DNA of 62,042 bases, from positions 1 through 62,042 of the forward strand of contig DAONTI010000028.1 of the NCBI GenBank assembly GCA_035411585.1, in the 5' to 3' direction. This stretch comes from Verrucomicrobiota bacterium (GTDB lineage: Bacteria > Verrucomicrobiota > Verrucomicrobiia > Limisphaerales > MWDV01). Both the position numbers and the translations under genes were made by a program. Position 1 is the first letter of the stretch; each line of letters opens with the position of its first letter. Below are positions 28,094-39,400 of the stretch, one piece after another. The notes under the pieces are model-generated. The model worked only from the letters and a program-made list of their open reading frames with translations, ran no database searches and was not told the DNA's origin.

Positions 28094-29353
28094 ATGGAAC
28101 TTCGCTGGATCAGTCTGCTGGGACTGGTGACCATGCTGGCGGCTGCGTGGGCGATCTCCCGCCATCGCCGCCTGTTTCCCTGGCGCACGGTGGGGTGGGG
28201 GTTGGGGCTGCAATTCACCTTCGCGCTGCTCATTCTCAAAACCTCGTGGGGCGCCGCGGTGTTTTCTTTTGCGGGCGCGGTGATCCGCAAGCTCCTCGAA
28301 TTCGCCAACGAAGGCTGCCAGTTTGTGTTCGGCCCACTCGCCGCGGATGCCGCGCTGCAACGCGTGTTCCCGGAGCAGCCGCTGGTGTTCGCCGTCCTCG
28401 TGACCGGCACCATCATCCTCGTCTCGGCGCTTGCGTCCCTGTTTTATCACTGGGGGGTGCTCCAAAAAGTGGTCTATGCGATGGCTTGGGTGATGCGCCG
28501 GGCCATGGGCACGAGCGGCAGCGAAACGCTGGCGGCGGCCGCCAATATCTTCATGGGCCAGACCGAGGCGCCGTTGCTGGTGAAACCTTACCTCGCCCGC
28601 ATGACCCGCAGCGAACTGCTTTGCCTGATGACCGGAGGCATGGCGACCATCGCCGGCGGCGTGGCGGCGGTGTACACCAAAATGGGCGTGGACGCCGGCC
28701 ACCCTGATATTGCCGGTCACTTGTTGACGGCCTCAGTGCTCAACGCCCCCGCCGCGCTGCTTATTTCCAAAATCATGCTCCCGGAAACCGAGGTGAGCGA
28801 AACCGCCGGACGCGCCCCGGCGAACCCGCCGCGCACCAGCGTCAACAGCCTGGACGCCCTTTGTCGGGGCGCCGGCGACGGCATGCAACTCTCGATCAAT
28901 GTTCTGGCCATGCTGATTGCGTTTGTGGCCGTGGTGGCACTGGTCAATTTTCTGCTCACCGGATCCCAGGAATGGCTCGGTGTAACGACGCCGATCACCC
29001 TGCAAAAGCTGTTGGGCTGGCTCAACGCCCCTTTTGCCTGGCTCATGGGAATCCCGGCGGCGGACTGCGTGACCATTGGCGGCATTCTGGGGGAGCGCAT
29101 TGTGCTCAACGAGTTCATGGGCTACCTCGCGCTGACGCATCCGGACACCGTGGTGGCGGAACGCAGCTTTGTCATCGCCACCTATGCGCTATGCGGTTTC
29201 GCGAACTTTTCCAGCATCGCCATTCAGATTGGCGGCATCGGCTCCCTGGCCCCCGAACGCCGCGGCGACATGGCCCGGCTGGGAGGACGCGCGCTGATCG
29301 GCGGCTTGCTGGCCACCTATCTAACCGCCACTATCGCGGGCATTTTATTGTAA
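28094..29353 (+). CDS. nupC: Concentrative nucleoside transporter (NupC/CNT family)
   Basis: The blocks GSETLAAAANIFMGQTEAP and MTGGMATIAGG are conserved in the CNT family. It is a 419-aa polytopic protein. Confidence 0.8.
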   Translation: MELRWISLLGLVTMLAAAWAISRHRRLFPWRTVGWGLGLQFTFALLILKTSWGAAVFSFAGAVIRKLLEFANEGCQFVFGPLAADAALQRVFPEQPLVFAVLVTGTIILVSALASLFYHWGVLQKVVYAMAWVMRRAMGTSGSETLAAAANIFMGQTEAPLLVKPYLARMTRSELLCLMTGGMATIAGGVAAVYTKMGVDAGHPDIAGHLLTASVLNAPAALLISKIMLPETEVSETAGRAPANPPRTSVNSLDALCRGAGDGMQLSINVLAMLIAFVAVVALVNFLLTGSQEWLGVTTPITLQKLLGWLNAPFAWLMGIPAADCVTIGGILGERIVLNEFMGYLALTHPDTVVAERSFVIATYALCGFANFSSIAIQIGGIGSLAPERRGDMARLGGRALIGGLLATYLTATIAGILL

Positions 29354-29518
29354 GAACACGGCGGCAAGCCCTCGGTCGCGCTCGTCGCGCTCGTTCCCAC
29401 CCCGCATTTTTTCTCCGCCGTTTTTGCCTCCGACGGAACCGGCGCGCCCCGAGGCACGCTGCGGGCTGAAAAAACACGTGGACATGGCCCCCAGACGCGC
29501 TACAGTGCGTCCCAGCTT

Positions 29519-29797
29519 ATGAACAAGAATCTCGCCATCCCGATCTTGATCACGGTGTTGCTGGTCAGTGCCTTGAGCGCGCTAGCGCTGACCTATTTCA
29601 ACATCCAATATTCGCGCAAGGGCCGCTCGCTCCAGTTTCAGGCGGCCGCCATGAACAACACCCGTATGGTCTTGGACTCGCTCGCCAAGGACACGTTGAT
29701 TTACAGCCAGACCAACCGCGCGATTGATCCGATCCTGATTTCGCTGGGGCTCAAGTCGAGCAACGCCCCGGCCGCCACCCGACCCGCCACCCGTTGA
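29519..29797 (+). CDS. Small hypothetical membrane/secreted protein
   Basis: A single N-terminal hydrophobic helix is present, with no recognisable motif. Confidence 0.35.
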   Translation: MNKNLAIPILITVLLVSALSALALTYFNIQYSRKGRSLQFQAAAMNNTRMVLDSLAKDTLIYSQTNRAIDPILISLGLKSSNAPAATRPATR

Positions 29798-30208
29798 TTG
29801 GCCATGAATAATACTCCCGACCTCCTCTCCCCTGTTGTCACGCCGGATTCCAACCAGCTCGCCCAGGCGGTGGAAACGCTGCGCCGGCAATTTCAAACCA
29901 CGTTGATCATCCTCATCATCCTGAGTGGCGCGATTAATCTTTATCTGTTGCGGCAGTTCACCACCCTGCGCAAAGAGATTGCCGTGGTCGAACCGCAGGT
30001 GAAAAAAATGGCGAGCGATTTCGAGCGGGTGACCCGGCCGTTGATGAATTCGTTCCTCAAACAACTCACCGACTACGCCCAAACGCATCCGGATTTCCGG
30101 CCGCTGCTCGCCAAATACAATATCCAAAGCACGCCGGCGAGCGCGGGGACAGCCACACCCATTCCCGCCCCGGCCACACCACCGCCCGCGATCCCGGCCC
30201 CGAAGTAA
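29798..30208 (+). CDS. Hypothetical membrane protein
   Basis: It has one TM helix (TTLIILIILSGAINLYLL). It starts at TTG or the ATG 6 nt later, directly abutting the previous ORF. Confidence 0.4.
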   Translation: MAMNNTPDLLSPVVTPDSNQLAQAVETLRRQFQTTLIILIILSGAINLYLLRQFTTLRKEIAVVEPQVKKMASDFERVTRPLMNSFLKQLTDYAQTHPDFRPLLAKYNIQSTPASAGTATPIPAPATPPPAIPAPK

Positions 30209-30420
30209 ATAGGCGGCGAGCGGGCGTCATCCTTGCATTCGCATTGGTTGTCGTCCGTAGCGGCGACAAACAGGCGTGATGCGGTTTGCCCCATTGCCTT
30301 TTGTAAAGGGGCTGCAGCAAGGAAATCGGTAACGCGCGGTCTGCAGTTAAACTGGGGATGCGCCTGTCCGTGCTGGTTTCAGGGTTGAGATTGGGAGAGT
30401 TCCCCAGTTAGGCTGCGGCC

Positions 30421-31299
30421 ATGAAAATTCTATTGGTCGCACTGGCGTTGCTGGCCCAAGTGGCTGCCGCACAACAACGGCAAGCCGCCATTCCGCTCTG
30501 GGCCGGAGGTGCACCCGGGGCGTTGGGGAATTCCACGAATGACATTCCCACCCTCACTCCTTATCTGCCCGATCCGGCCATCGCCACCGGTGCGGCCATG
30601 GTGATTTGTCCCGGGGGTGCCTACGTGCATCTGGCCGAACTGGAAGGGGATCATTACGCCCGCTGGCTCAACGAGCAGGGCATCGCCGGTTTCGTGCTCC
30701 AGTACCGCCTCGCCTCCGCCGGGTACCGGCATCCGGCAATGTTGCAGGATGCGACCCGGGCCGTGCGCACGGTGCGCGCCCGGGCGGCCGAGTGGCAATT
30801 GGATCCCCAACGCGTCGGGATCATCGGCTCCTCCGCGGGCGGCCATCTCGCCTCAACCTTACTCACCCACTTCGATGCCGGCCAGCCGGACGCCGCCGAT
30901 CCCATTGAACGCCACAGCTCACGACCCGATCTCGGCATTCTCTGTTATCCCGTGATCAACCTGGACAGCGAGTTCACCCATCAAGGATCCAAACGCAATC
31001 TGCTCGGGACGAATCCACCGCCCGCCTTGGCGCGGGAACTCTCCAGCGATTTACAGGTCACCAAAGACACCCCGCCGTGTTTCGTGTGGCACCGGGGCGA
31101 AGATCAAGGTGTACTGGTGGAAAACTCGCTGCTGTTCGCCGCCGCCCTGCGCCGGCACGGCGTCCCGTTTGACCTGCACGTCTATGAACGGGGCCCGCAC
31201 GGCCTCGGCTTGGGGACAACGGAATGGAATCCGGCGCGCCGCCATCCGTGGACACGCGACTGTGAGTATTGGCTAAAGCAGCGCGGGTTTGGCCGGTAA
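30421..31299 (+). CDS. Secreted alpha/beta-hydrolase (esterase/lipase, Aes-like)
   Basis: A signal peptide is followed by VICPGGAY (an oxyanion-hole HGG-like region), the nucleophile elbow GSSAGG, and a C-terminal His. Confidence 0.75.
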   Translation: MKILLVALALLAQVAAAQQRQAAIPLWAGGAPGALGNSTNDIPTLTPYLPDPAIATGAAMVICPGGAYVHLAELEGDHYARWLNEQGIAGFVLQYRLASAGYRHPAMLQDATRAVRTVRARAAEWQLDPQRVGIIGSSAGGHLASTLLTHFDAGQPDAADPIERHSSRPDLGILCYPVINLDSEFTHQGSKRNLLGTNPPPALARELSSDLQVTKDTPPCFVWHRGEDQGVLVENSLLFAAALRRHGVPFDLHVYERGPHGLGLGTTEWNPARRHPWTRDCEYWLKQRGFGR

Positions 31300-31377
31300 C
31301 ATCCGGCGCAACCGCAACGCGCCTCTGATCCCCGCCAGGATCACACGCCCCGTCACTTGGCCGGCGCGGGGCGCGGC

Positions 31378-33402
31378 TCAGTTGACCGCCGCCGCGGTGT
31401 TCAGCGCCGCCCGTTTTTTGCGCAGCCCCGCCACGGTGCGGGCCATGGTCTGATTTAATTCCTCCAACCGGGGCGGCTTGCTGACCAGCGCATCCACCTT
31501 GGACGTCTGCTTTTCGTTGCCGCCATCCAGCATCGTGCCCCACCCCGTCAACATGATGACGGCCGTTTCCGGCGAAGCCACTTTGATGCGTTCGGCTACT
31601 TGCCGGCCGTCCATGTGGGGCATCCCTAGATCCGTGATCACCACGTCAAATGGCCGGCCGCGCTGGCGGGCGACGAAAAACGTGTCCAATCCCGCCTGGC
31701 CCCCGTCGGCCGTCTCGACTTCGTGGTGGCAAAAACTCAACAATTGCTGCAGCAGTTCCCGCAGGAGCGGCTCGTCATCAATGCACAACACGCGCAAGGA
31801 AATCTGCGCCGGCGTGTCGGTCGGGGCCGGGGTCGTTTCCACGGCGGGCGGAGTGCGGAGCGGGAAGATCAAACGCATGGTGGTGCCTTTCCCCAATTTG
31901 CTTTCCACCTCAATGCTCCCCTGATGCCGCTCCAAGGTGCCGTAAACCATCGCGAGTCCCAATCCCGCGCCGCCGCTCTGTTTCTTGGTGGAGAAAAACG
32001 GCTCCAAACACCGCTGCCGCGTGGCTTCGCTCATACCGGTGCCATTGTCGCGGACTTCCAACGCAATGTGATTGGGAGCCTCTTTGCCGGACGGGTCCTG
32101 CGAATTGAAGGGATGGGTACGGATCTGAATCCGCCCGCCCTCGGGGAGCGCGTCCACGGCATTTAAGACCAGGTTGGTCAGGGCCTCTCGGATTTCTGAT
32201 GCGTTGCCATACAACGCGGGCATGTCAGAAGCGAGGACAGTTTCGATGTTCACCGCCAGGCCGTGGCTTTGCGGAATGTCATGCCAGCCGGGGCGGGTCA
32301 GGTCCACTACTTGTTGCACCAGGTTGTTCAGGTTCACCAACTGCAGGCTCTCGTCATCCTCCCGCCGCCGATAGAATTCCCCCATCCGGGCCACGATATG
32401 CTCAATGTCGCCGGCCGCCGTGCGGATGTGCTCCAGATTTTTGCGGGACTCGGGCTTAAGTTGCGGCTCTTTTTTCAACAATAGATCCGCGAAAGCCACG
32501 ATGGGCGACAGCGCGTTGTTGAGGTCATGCGCCACGCCGCTGGCCATCTGTCCCAGCGCGCGCAACCGCTCCTGCTGCACCACGGATTGCTGGGTCTCGC
32601 GCAGGCTGTCGTATGCCTTCTGCAAATCGTCGCGCAACCGCGCCGCTTGAAACAGACTGGCGCATTGCGCCTCGGTCGAGATGATTTTGGATTCCAGTTC
32701 GCGTTTTTCCGTGTTCACCGCCTGAATCTGTTGGGTCACCTGCTCGGTGAGCTGGCGGGCCTCCTCCAACACCAACACGATCATGCTCACCGCAATGAAC
32801 AGTTGCAGCACTGCCGAAAACAGAAAACCGGCGACCACCAGCGTATCAAAGGCTTGGGAAAACGGATAAGTGACCAGGTACACGCCCCACAACGCAAATC
32901 CCAGACACAACATGCCCACCCCGACAAATTTGCGCCGCTGGCGGTGCTGATAGAAGCTCATCGCCGCAAAGAAACTCGCCATCCCAATCAGCAGAAAGAT
33001 GGGCAACTGAATCAACAGCGTGCTCTGAATGACTTGGGCGCCCACGTAACTCCACGTCAGCAGGAACGCCATGAACAGGCCGAACAAGATCTGGCGGGTG
33101 TGAATTTCCAGAAACGACAAACTCCCCCAAAGCAGAAATACGGCGGAGACAGAGACGCACCATTGCCGGACAATGTCCAGGAAGGAACGGGGGGGCACGT
33201 CGGGGAAGCTGATGCCGATCGTCAACCAAAGCGCGTAGAATAGCCACGCCGCCGTCCAAATGGTGAAATACTTCCGTTTCGTGTAGCGATTGAGGTAGTG
33301 AAAAAGGCCCACCAACACCCACACGCTCAACAGCGACACCAGCAGGGCCGCGCGCAGGTATTCCCGCGGGAACACCAGTTCAAATCCGGGTAGTTCAGGC
33401 AT
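31378..33402 (-). CDS. Hybrid sensor histidine kinase (7-TM sensor - HisKA - HATPase - REC)
   Basis: About 7 N-terminal TM helices precede the H-box GQMASGVAHDLNNALSPI. The HATPase N, G1 and G2 boxes follow (…DNGTGM…GGAGLGLAMV), and the C-terminal receiver is LRVLCIDDEP...VITDLGMPHMDG. Confidence 0.85.
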   Translation of the reverse strand: MPELPGFELVFPREYLRAALLVSLLSVWVLVGLFHYLNRYTKRKYFTIWTAAWLFYALWLTIGISFPDVPPRSFLDIVRQWCVSVSAVFLLWGSLSFLEIHTRQILFGLFMAFLLTWSYVGAQVIQSTLLIQLPIFLLIGMASFFAAMSFYQHRQRRKFVGVGMLCLGFALWGVYLVTYPFSQAFDTLVVAGFLFSAVLQLFIAVSMIVLVLEEARQLTEQVTQQIQAVNTEKRELESKIISTEAQCASLFQAARLRDDLQKAYDSLRETQQSVVQQERLRALGQMASGVAHDLNNALSPIVAFADLLLKKEPQLKPESRKNLEHIRTAAGDIEHIVARMGEFYRRREDDESLQLVNLNNLVQQVVDLTRPGWHDIPQSHGLAVNIETVLASDMPALYGNASEIREALTNLVLNAVDALPEGGRIQIRTHPFNSQDPSGKEAPNHIALEVRDNGTGMSEATRQRCLEPFFSTKKQSGGAGLGLAMVYGTLERHQGSIEVESKLGKGTTMRLIFPLRTPPAVETTPAPTDTPAQISLRVLCIDDEPLLRELLQQLLSFCHHEVETADGGQAGLDTFFVARQRGRPFDVVITDLGMPHMDGRQVAERIKVASPETAVIMLTGWGTMLDGGNEKQTSKVDALVSKPPRLEELNQTMARTVAGLRKKRAALNTAAAVN

Positions 33403-33432
33403 GATGATTCATCTCCTTACGCATTGTTCAAT

Positions 33433-36400
33433 TTAAGCAACCTCCGCTAAATGGGCCGCCGGAACGTGCGCCGCCGGCGTGGTCGTGGATGTTTCCGCCG
33501 AAGAATCCGGAGCGGCCGCCTTCTCGATCGGCGGCGTTCCGTTGCGCCCCGCGACCGCAGGGGAAACGACGGTTTGCACCGGCAGCGTGGCGCGCACCCG
33601 CACCGCGCCATTATCGGGAGGCTCGACCCGCACTTGGCCGCACAGTGCCCGGGCTAGTTGGGAACACACGGCCATGCCGGACTCCGCTTCGCCGTAGGCG
33701 GCAACGGACGGCGTCGCCCCCGCTGCGTCAGTGAGCGAAGCCAATCGTTCGCTCGTCGCTTGGGAATGGCCGTTGGTGTGCAGCACCACATCCAAGGCGA
33801 ACTGCGCCGGGCCGGAGTCCCCGGGTTCCACCGCCACCCGCAAATCCACCCGATCCGTATCCACCAGCTTGAACAGTGACGTCGTCAACAAGGTGATGAG
33901 TTGATGCAGATGCGCGGCGCTGGCTTGGATGCGCTCCGGGGTGTTGGGCGCAATCGCGGTTTTCACTTCGATGCCGGCAATTTGGGCGGTGCGTTGGATC
34001 ACTTGAAAAGCCACTTTCGTTGCCTCGGCGACATTGAATTCCGCGGTGGCAAAGTTGGGCGGGGCCACGCGGAAATCCAGTGTGTTCAGGGCGTGAGCCT
34101 GGTGTTTCATCCAATTTTCCAGCGCCTCTTGCAGCGCCGAAGCAAGCGCCCGTTGCACTCCGGAAAGCGGCGTGTTCAACAGCGCGCCGACCGTCTGGTT
34201 CAAACTTTCCGCATCCCGGCGGGCGGCTTGGAATTGTTCCCGGGCCAGTTGGCCCATCCACCGCGTCGCTTCCAGCACCGCGTAGTGCAAGGCCGCCCGG
34301 GTCTGTTGCTCTTCTTTGATCCGGGCTTCCGCCGTCTGGATTTGCTGCTCCCGTTCGCTCAAGGTTTCGGATAGCGATTCTTCGGTCGCCGTCAATTCCT
34401 TGATCTTCACGCACAAGGCGTTTTCCACAACTCCCTGGCGCTCGAGCTGTTCCTTCGTCGCCTGCAATTCGGTGTTCCGAATGGCAAGCGTGGCGCCAAA
34501 CTCGGCGTTTTGCTGCTGCAAGCGTTGCAGGCGAACTTCTAGGGCAGTTTCCCGCTCGTGCCACGCCTGCTCAGCGGCAATTTTTCGCTCCAACTGACCT
34601 TCGGCTTCCCGCCATTTCGCCTCGAACTCCCGGGCCCGCCGCTGGGTTTGACGATGGCCCGTCGTCTCGGCCAGCAAGGAGGTTTCCAATTTCTCCCCAA
34701 CGGCCTGGCGGCGTTTGACCTCGGCTTCCAAAGCTTCGATCCGGGCTTGTTCCGTAGCCGATTGCGCGCGTGCCGCCTCCAGTTGTTTGGTCAATTCGGT
34801 TTGCGCATTTTCGGCGGCCACCACTTTCTCCGCCAGCCGTTGGCGGGATCGGGCGTCTTCCTCTCGCTGCGCGTTCAACTCGGCCACCTGCTCCTGCACA
34901 GCCTGCAATGCCAGAGTTTGCGTCGCCAGCTTCTCCTGCTCGTCACGCAAGACCTGTTCTTGATCCACCCGCTTCGCCTGTTCCGCCGCCAAGGACGTCC
35001 GCAACGCCGCCTCGGCTTTCCCTCGAGCCGCCAGTTCCGCTTCCAGCGAACGCCGCACATCAGCCAATTCCGCAACCGTGCTCTCGACCTTGGCTCGGTC
35101 GGCGAATTCTTGTTCCAACTGTGCGCGGGTTTGCTCCAGCGTGGCGGTCAAGCTCTGCACCTGTTGGTCCATCACCTGACGCTGCCCTTCCAGCGCCGCC
35201 ACTTTCTCCTGCGTGGCTTGTAATTCTTGGGTCTGCGCCTCCAGCTTCTTCTGTTCGTCGCGCAACACCTGCTCTTGATCCGTCCGCTTCGCCTTTTCTG
35301 CGGTCAGCTCCTGGCGCAGGTGTGTTTTAATGGATTGAGCTTTGTCTTCCGCGGCCTCGTGCAATTTCCGCGCTTCGGCAAGCTGACGCGCCAACTGTTC
35401 GCGTTCCTGGCTTTCCACTTGCAGGCGTTGCCGGTCCTCCGCCTGGGCCTTTTCCAGTTGTCCGGCTTTGCGGGTGGCATCGGCCAAGGCCTGCTGCAAC
35501 CGGGTTTGCTCGGCCACGAGTTGAGCCTTGCTCTGCTCCGCCTCGCGCAACGCCTTTTGTTCGGCTTCCAAGGCCGAAGTGATCCGCGCCAGTTCGGTTT
35601 CCTGTTGGTGAAGCTGCTGCTCGAGATCCTCCTTGGCCTGGCGCAGTTCCTTCACCGAAGCTTGGGCGCTCTCCAACTCCCGCGCCCGTTCATCCAACCG
35701 GCTCTGTTCGACGGTCAATGTTTCGCTTTGAGATTGCAGACGAGCCTTTGCGTCGGCCAGGGTCTGCTGCAACTCGATCTCGGCTTGCTGGTGCGCGGCG
35801 AGGTCTGCTTCCAACGAACGCCGGACGCCGGCCAATTCCTTAACCGTATTCTCGGCCTGGGTCCGGGCGGCGGACTCTTGCGCCAACTGCGCACGGGTTT
35901 GTTCCAGCGTGGCGGTCAGGGTCTGAACCTGTTGGTCAATCGCCTGACGCTGTTCTTCCAGCGTCGCCACTTTCTCCTGCGTGGCCTGTAATTCCTGAGT
36001 CTGCGCCGTCAGCTTCGTTTGCGCGTCACGCAACGCCTCGACCTGCGCCGTCAACTTCGCTTGCTCAGCGGCTAAAGCCTCACGCAATTGCGCCTCCGCC
36101 AATTCGCGGGCCGCCAAGTCTTCTTCCAGCGAACGCCGCACATCAGCCAATTCCGCAACCGTGCTTTCGACCTTAGTCCGGTCGGCGGATTCTTGTGCCA
36201 ACTGCGCGCGGGTTTGTTCCAGCGTGGCGGTCAGGGTCTGAACCTGCTGATCCACCACCTGACGCTGCTCTTCCAGCGCCGCCACTTTGTCTTGCGTGGC
36301 CTGCAATTCCTGGGTCCGCGCCGTCAGCTTCGTTTGCGCGTCACGGAACGCCTCGACCTGCGCCGTCAACTTTGCCTGCTCGGCGGCTAAAGCCTCACGC

Positions 36401-39400
36401 AATTGCCCCTCCGCCAACTCGCGGGCCGCCAGGTCTTCTTCCAATGAACAGCGCGTGCCGTTCAATTCGGCAACCGTGCTTTCGGCCTTGGCCCGGTCGG
36501 CAGATTCTTGTTTCAACTGCGCGCGGGTTTGTTCCAGCGTGGCGGTCAAGGTCTGAACCTGTTGATCCACCACCTGACACTGCTCTTCCAACGCGGCCAC
36601 TTGATCCCGCGCCGCCTGCAATTCCTGATGCTTCGCCTCCAACTGGGCGTGTTCACCCGCGAGGGTTTCTGTTTGTGTCTGTAATTGGGTTTGCCGGGCG
36701 GCCAATTCGTCGCGGAGCCGCGCTTCACCGGCCGCGCTTTCCGCGAGTGCCTGCTCCAGCGAACTCCGCAACGCAGCCAGCTCGGCGGCTTTGGCCTCCG
36801 CCGTCGCGGCCCGGGCGACGGCTTCATCCTGCGATTGCGCGGTTGCCGCCAACTCCGCAGCCACCCGTTCGCGTTCCTCGATTTCCCTCCGCAGATTTTG
36901 TTGCGCCGCCTCCTGTTCTTCGCGCCACCGGGTCGCCTGGTGCGTGAAGTTTTCCACTTCCTTACGCAGATGTTTCTGCTCGGCAACGAGCGTCTCCCGG
37001 ACTTTTTCCGCCGCGCGCAAAGCCTCCCGCTCGGCTGCCAACGTAGCGGCGCTCCGCGTCAATTCGGCAAGTTGATCCTGAACCTGCTGCTCCAGGGCTT
37101 CCTTGGCCTGGCGGAGTTCTTCGATCGTCGCCTGCAGACTCTGCAAATCCTCCTTTTGAACCGCCAGTTTTCCTTGTTCCGCCGTGAGCGCTTCGACTTG
37201 TTCCTGCAGGCGGGATTGGGCCGTGTTAAGAGCCTGCTGCAACTCCGTTTCCACTTTCATCCGGGCGGCCAATTCCTCTTCCAAAGACTGGCGCACGCCG
37301 GACAATTCCTCCGCCCGGGTCTCGGCGCTCATACGTCCTTCCGCCTCCTGTTGCAACTGCGCCCGCATCTGCGTCAACGTCTCATTCAACGTCCGCACCT
37401 GCTGCTCGGTGACGCGGCACTGTTCGTTCAGCGCCGTCACTTTATCTTGGGTGGTCCGCAACTCCTGCGTGCGCGTTTTCAGTTCCCCTTGCGCGGCGGT
37501 GAGCGCTTCCGTCCGGGCTTGGAGGGACTCCTGCCCGGCGCTCAATTCCCGGCGCAGTTGCTTGACCGCCTGCGTTCGCTGTTTCAGTTCGGTTTCCAAA
37601 GCAGCGCGCTGGGTGGACAACTCCCGAGCTTCCGCTTCAACCGTCCGCACCCGGGTTTCGGATTGCAATAATTCCTCGAACGCCTTCTGGTCGCGTTGCC
37701 ACTGTTCGGCCTGCCGCGCGTAGGTGGCCAACTCTTGTTGCAGACGGGTCTGTTCGGCGGTCAACTGGGCCGCGGTTTTCCTGGCTTCCCGCAGCGCGCT
37801 TTGCTCGGCTTCCAAAGCCGAGGTCACCCGTGCCAGTTCGGCATTTTGTTGGGCGGCCTGTTGCTCCAGCGCCTCTTTCGTCCGGCGCAGTTCCTCAACC
37901 GCGACTTGGGCGCTGCGTAAATCCTGGCTGCGCGCGTCGAGCTTGCCTTGTTCGAGGCTGAGCGCCTCGGTCTGGGCTTGGAGCCGCGCTTGGGCTTCGT
38001 TCAACGCCTGCCGCAATTCTCCCTCGGCTTGCGTGCGCTGGGCCAGTTCTTCCCGGAGTGAATCGCCCACGCCAGCCAGTTCATTGGCCTTCGACTCGGC
38101 GCTCTGACGACTCTCGGTTTCCTGGGCCAGTTTTTCCCGGGCCTCGGCCACCGCCTGGGTCAGCGTCTCCACCTGGCTTTCAATGACGCGGATCCGTTCC
38201 TGCAACGTGGCCACGGTGGCGCGGGTGGCCTCCAATTCCCGCAACAATTCCGCCACGCGGTTTTGTTCGCCGGACAACGTCTCCGCCTGGTTTTCCAAGC
38301 GGGCTTGCGCGGCTTCCAATTCCGCGCGCAACTCGGCTTCAGCCGACTCGCGCTGGCTCAACTGTTCCTCCAGCGAATCGCGCAGTTGGGTTAATTCCGC
38401 GGCTTTGGTCTCGGCGGTCTGGGCCTGGGCGGCCGCGGCATCGCGCAGACGAATGGTTTCGGCCAATTGCGTCGCCACCCGCTCGCGCTCGGCACTCTCC
38501 GCGCGCAATCGTTCCTCCGCGGCTTGTTGATCGCGCTGCCATTGTTCCGCCTGGCGGCTGTAGGCCTCCAGTTCTTGTTCCCGACGGGCGGCCGTGGAAA
38601 TGAGCCGGGCTTTGGTTGCTTCAGATTCGCGGAGCGCCTCCTGTCCAGTTTTGAGGCCGGACGCCACCCGGGCCAGTTCCGCCGACTGGCCTTCGAGTTG
38701 TTGTTCGAGCGCCTGCTTGGCGCGTTGCAATTCCGCCACCTTGGCCTGGCTTTCCTCCAATTCACGCGCCTTGGCCGCCCACGCCGCCTCATCATCGGAA
38801 AAGATTTTGGCCTGGGCTTCCAGTTGCGCGTGGGCCGTGTTCAATTGCTGACGCAGTTCCGCCTCGGCCGCGGTTTGACGGGTCAGTTCGGCCTCCAACT
38901 TCAAGCGTTGGTCCGCCAATTCTTTCGCCCGGGCTTCCGCTTGGCGAACCTTGGCTTCCGCCTCGTCACGGTGTTTGGCGGTTTCCGCCATCTGGGCGAG
39001 CAACTGTTGCCGCGCATCCGACTGGGTGCGGAGCATGGCGGCTGCGGGATCATCGTCCGGTTGCCCGCCTTGATGTTTTTTGCGCAGCACGGCCGCGCGC
39101 CGCTCCAAGTCCGCCGACCGGTAGGCGTAATCCTCCAGCTCCATGCGCAGACGATCCGCCAGCGCCTGCAATTCCGCCGCCCGATCGGCGGCGGCTTGGA
39201 GGGCCTCCTGTTCGGCCAGCAACATTTCGGTGGCGCGATCCAATTCCGCCGATTGTTCCAGAACCTGGTGTTCCAGTTGCTCGGTGACCTGCTCCAACTC
39301 GGTTTTGGATTTCTGTCGCGCCTCCAAATCCGCCCGCGCGTTATCGCGTTTCTCAGTCAGGTCGGCCAGTTGTTGCTGCGTGCGTCCGCTGACTTCAAGG

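Noticed and set aside
27236-28720. 494-aa minus-strand ORF
   Set aside because: It is antisense to the ACT, thioesterase and NupC genes. It has low-complexity R/G/H-rich composition and the shadow-ORF artefact typical of high-GC DNA.
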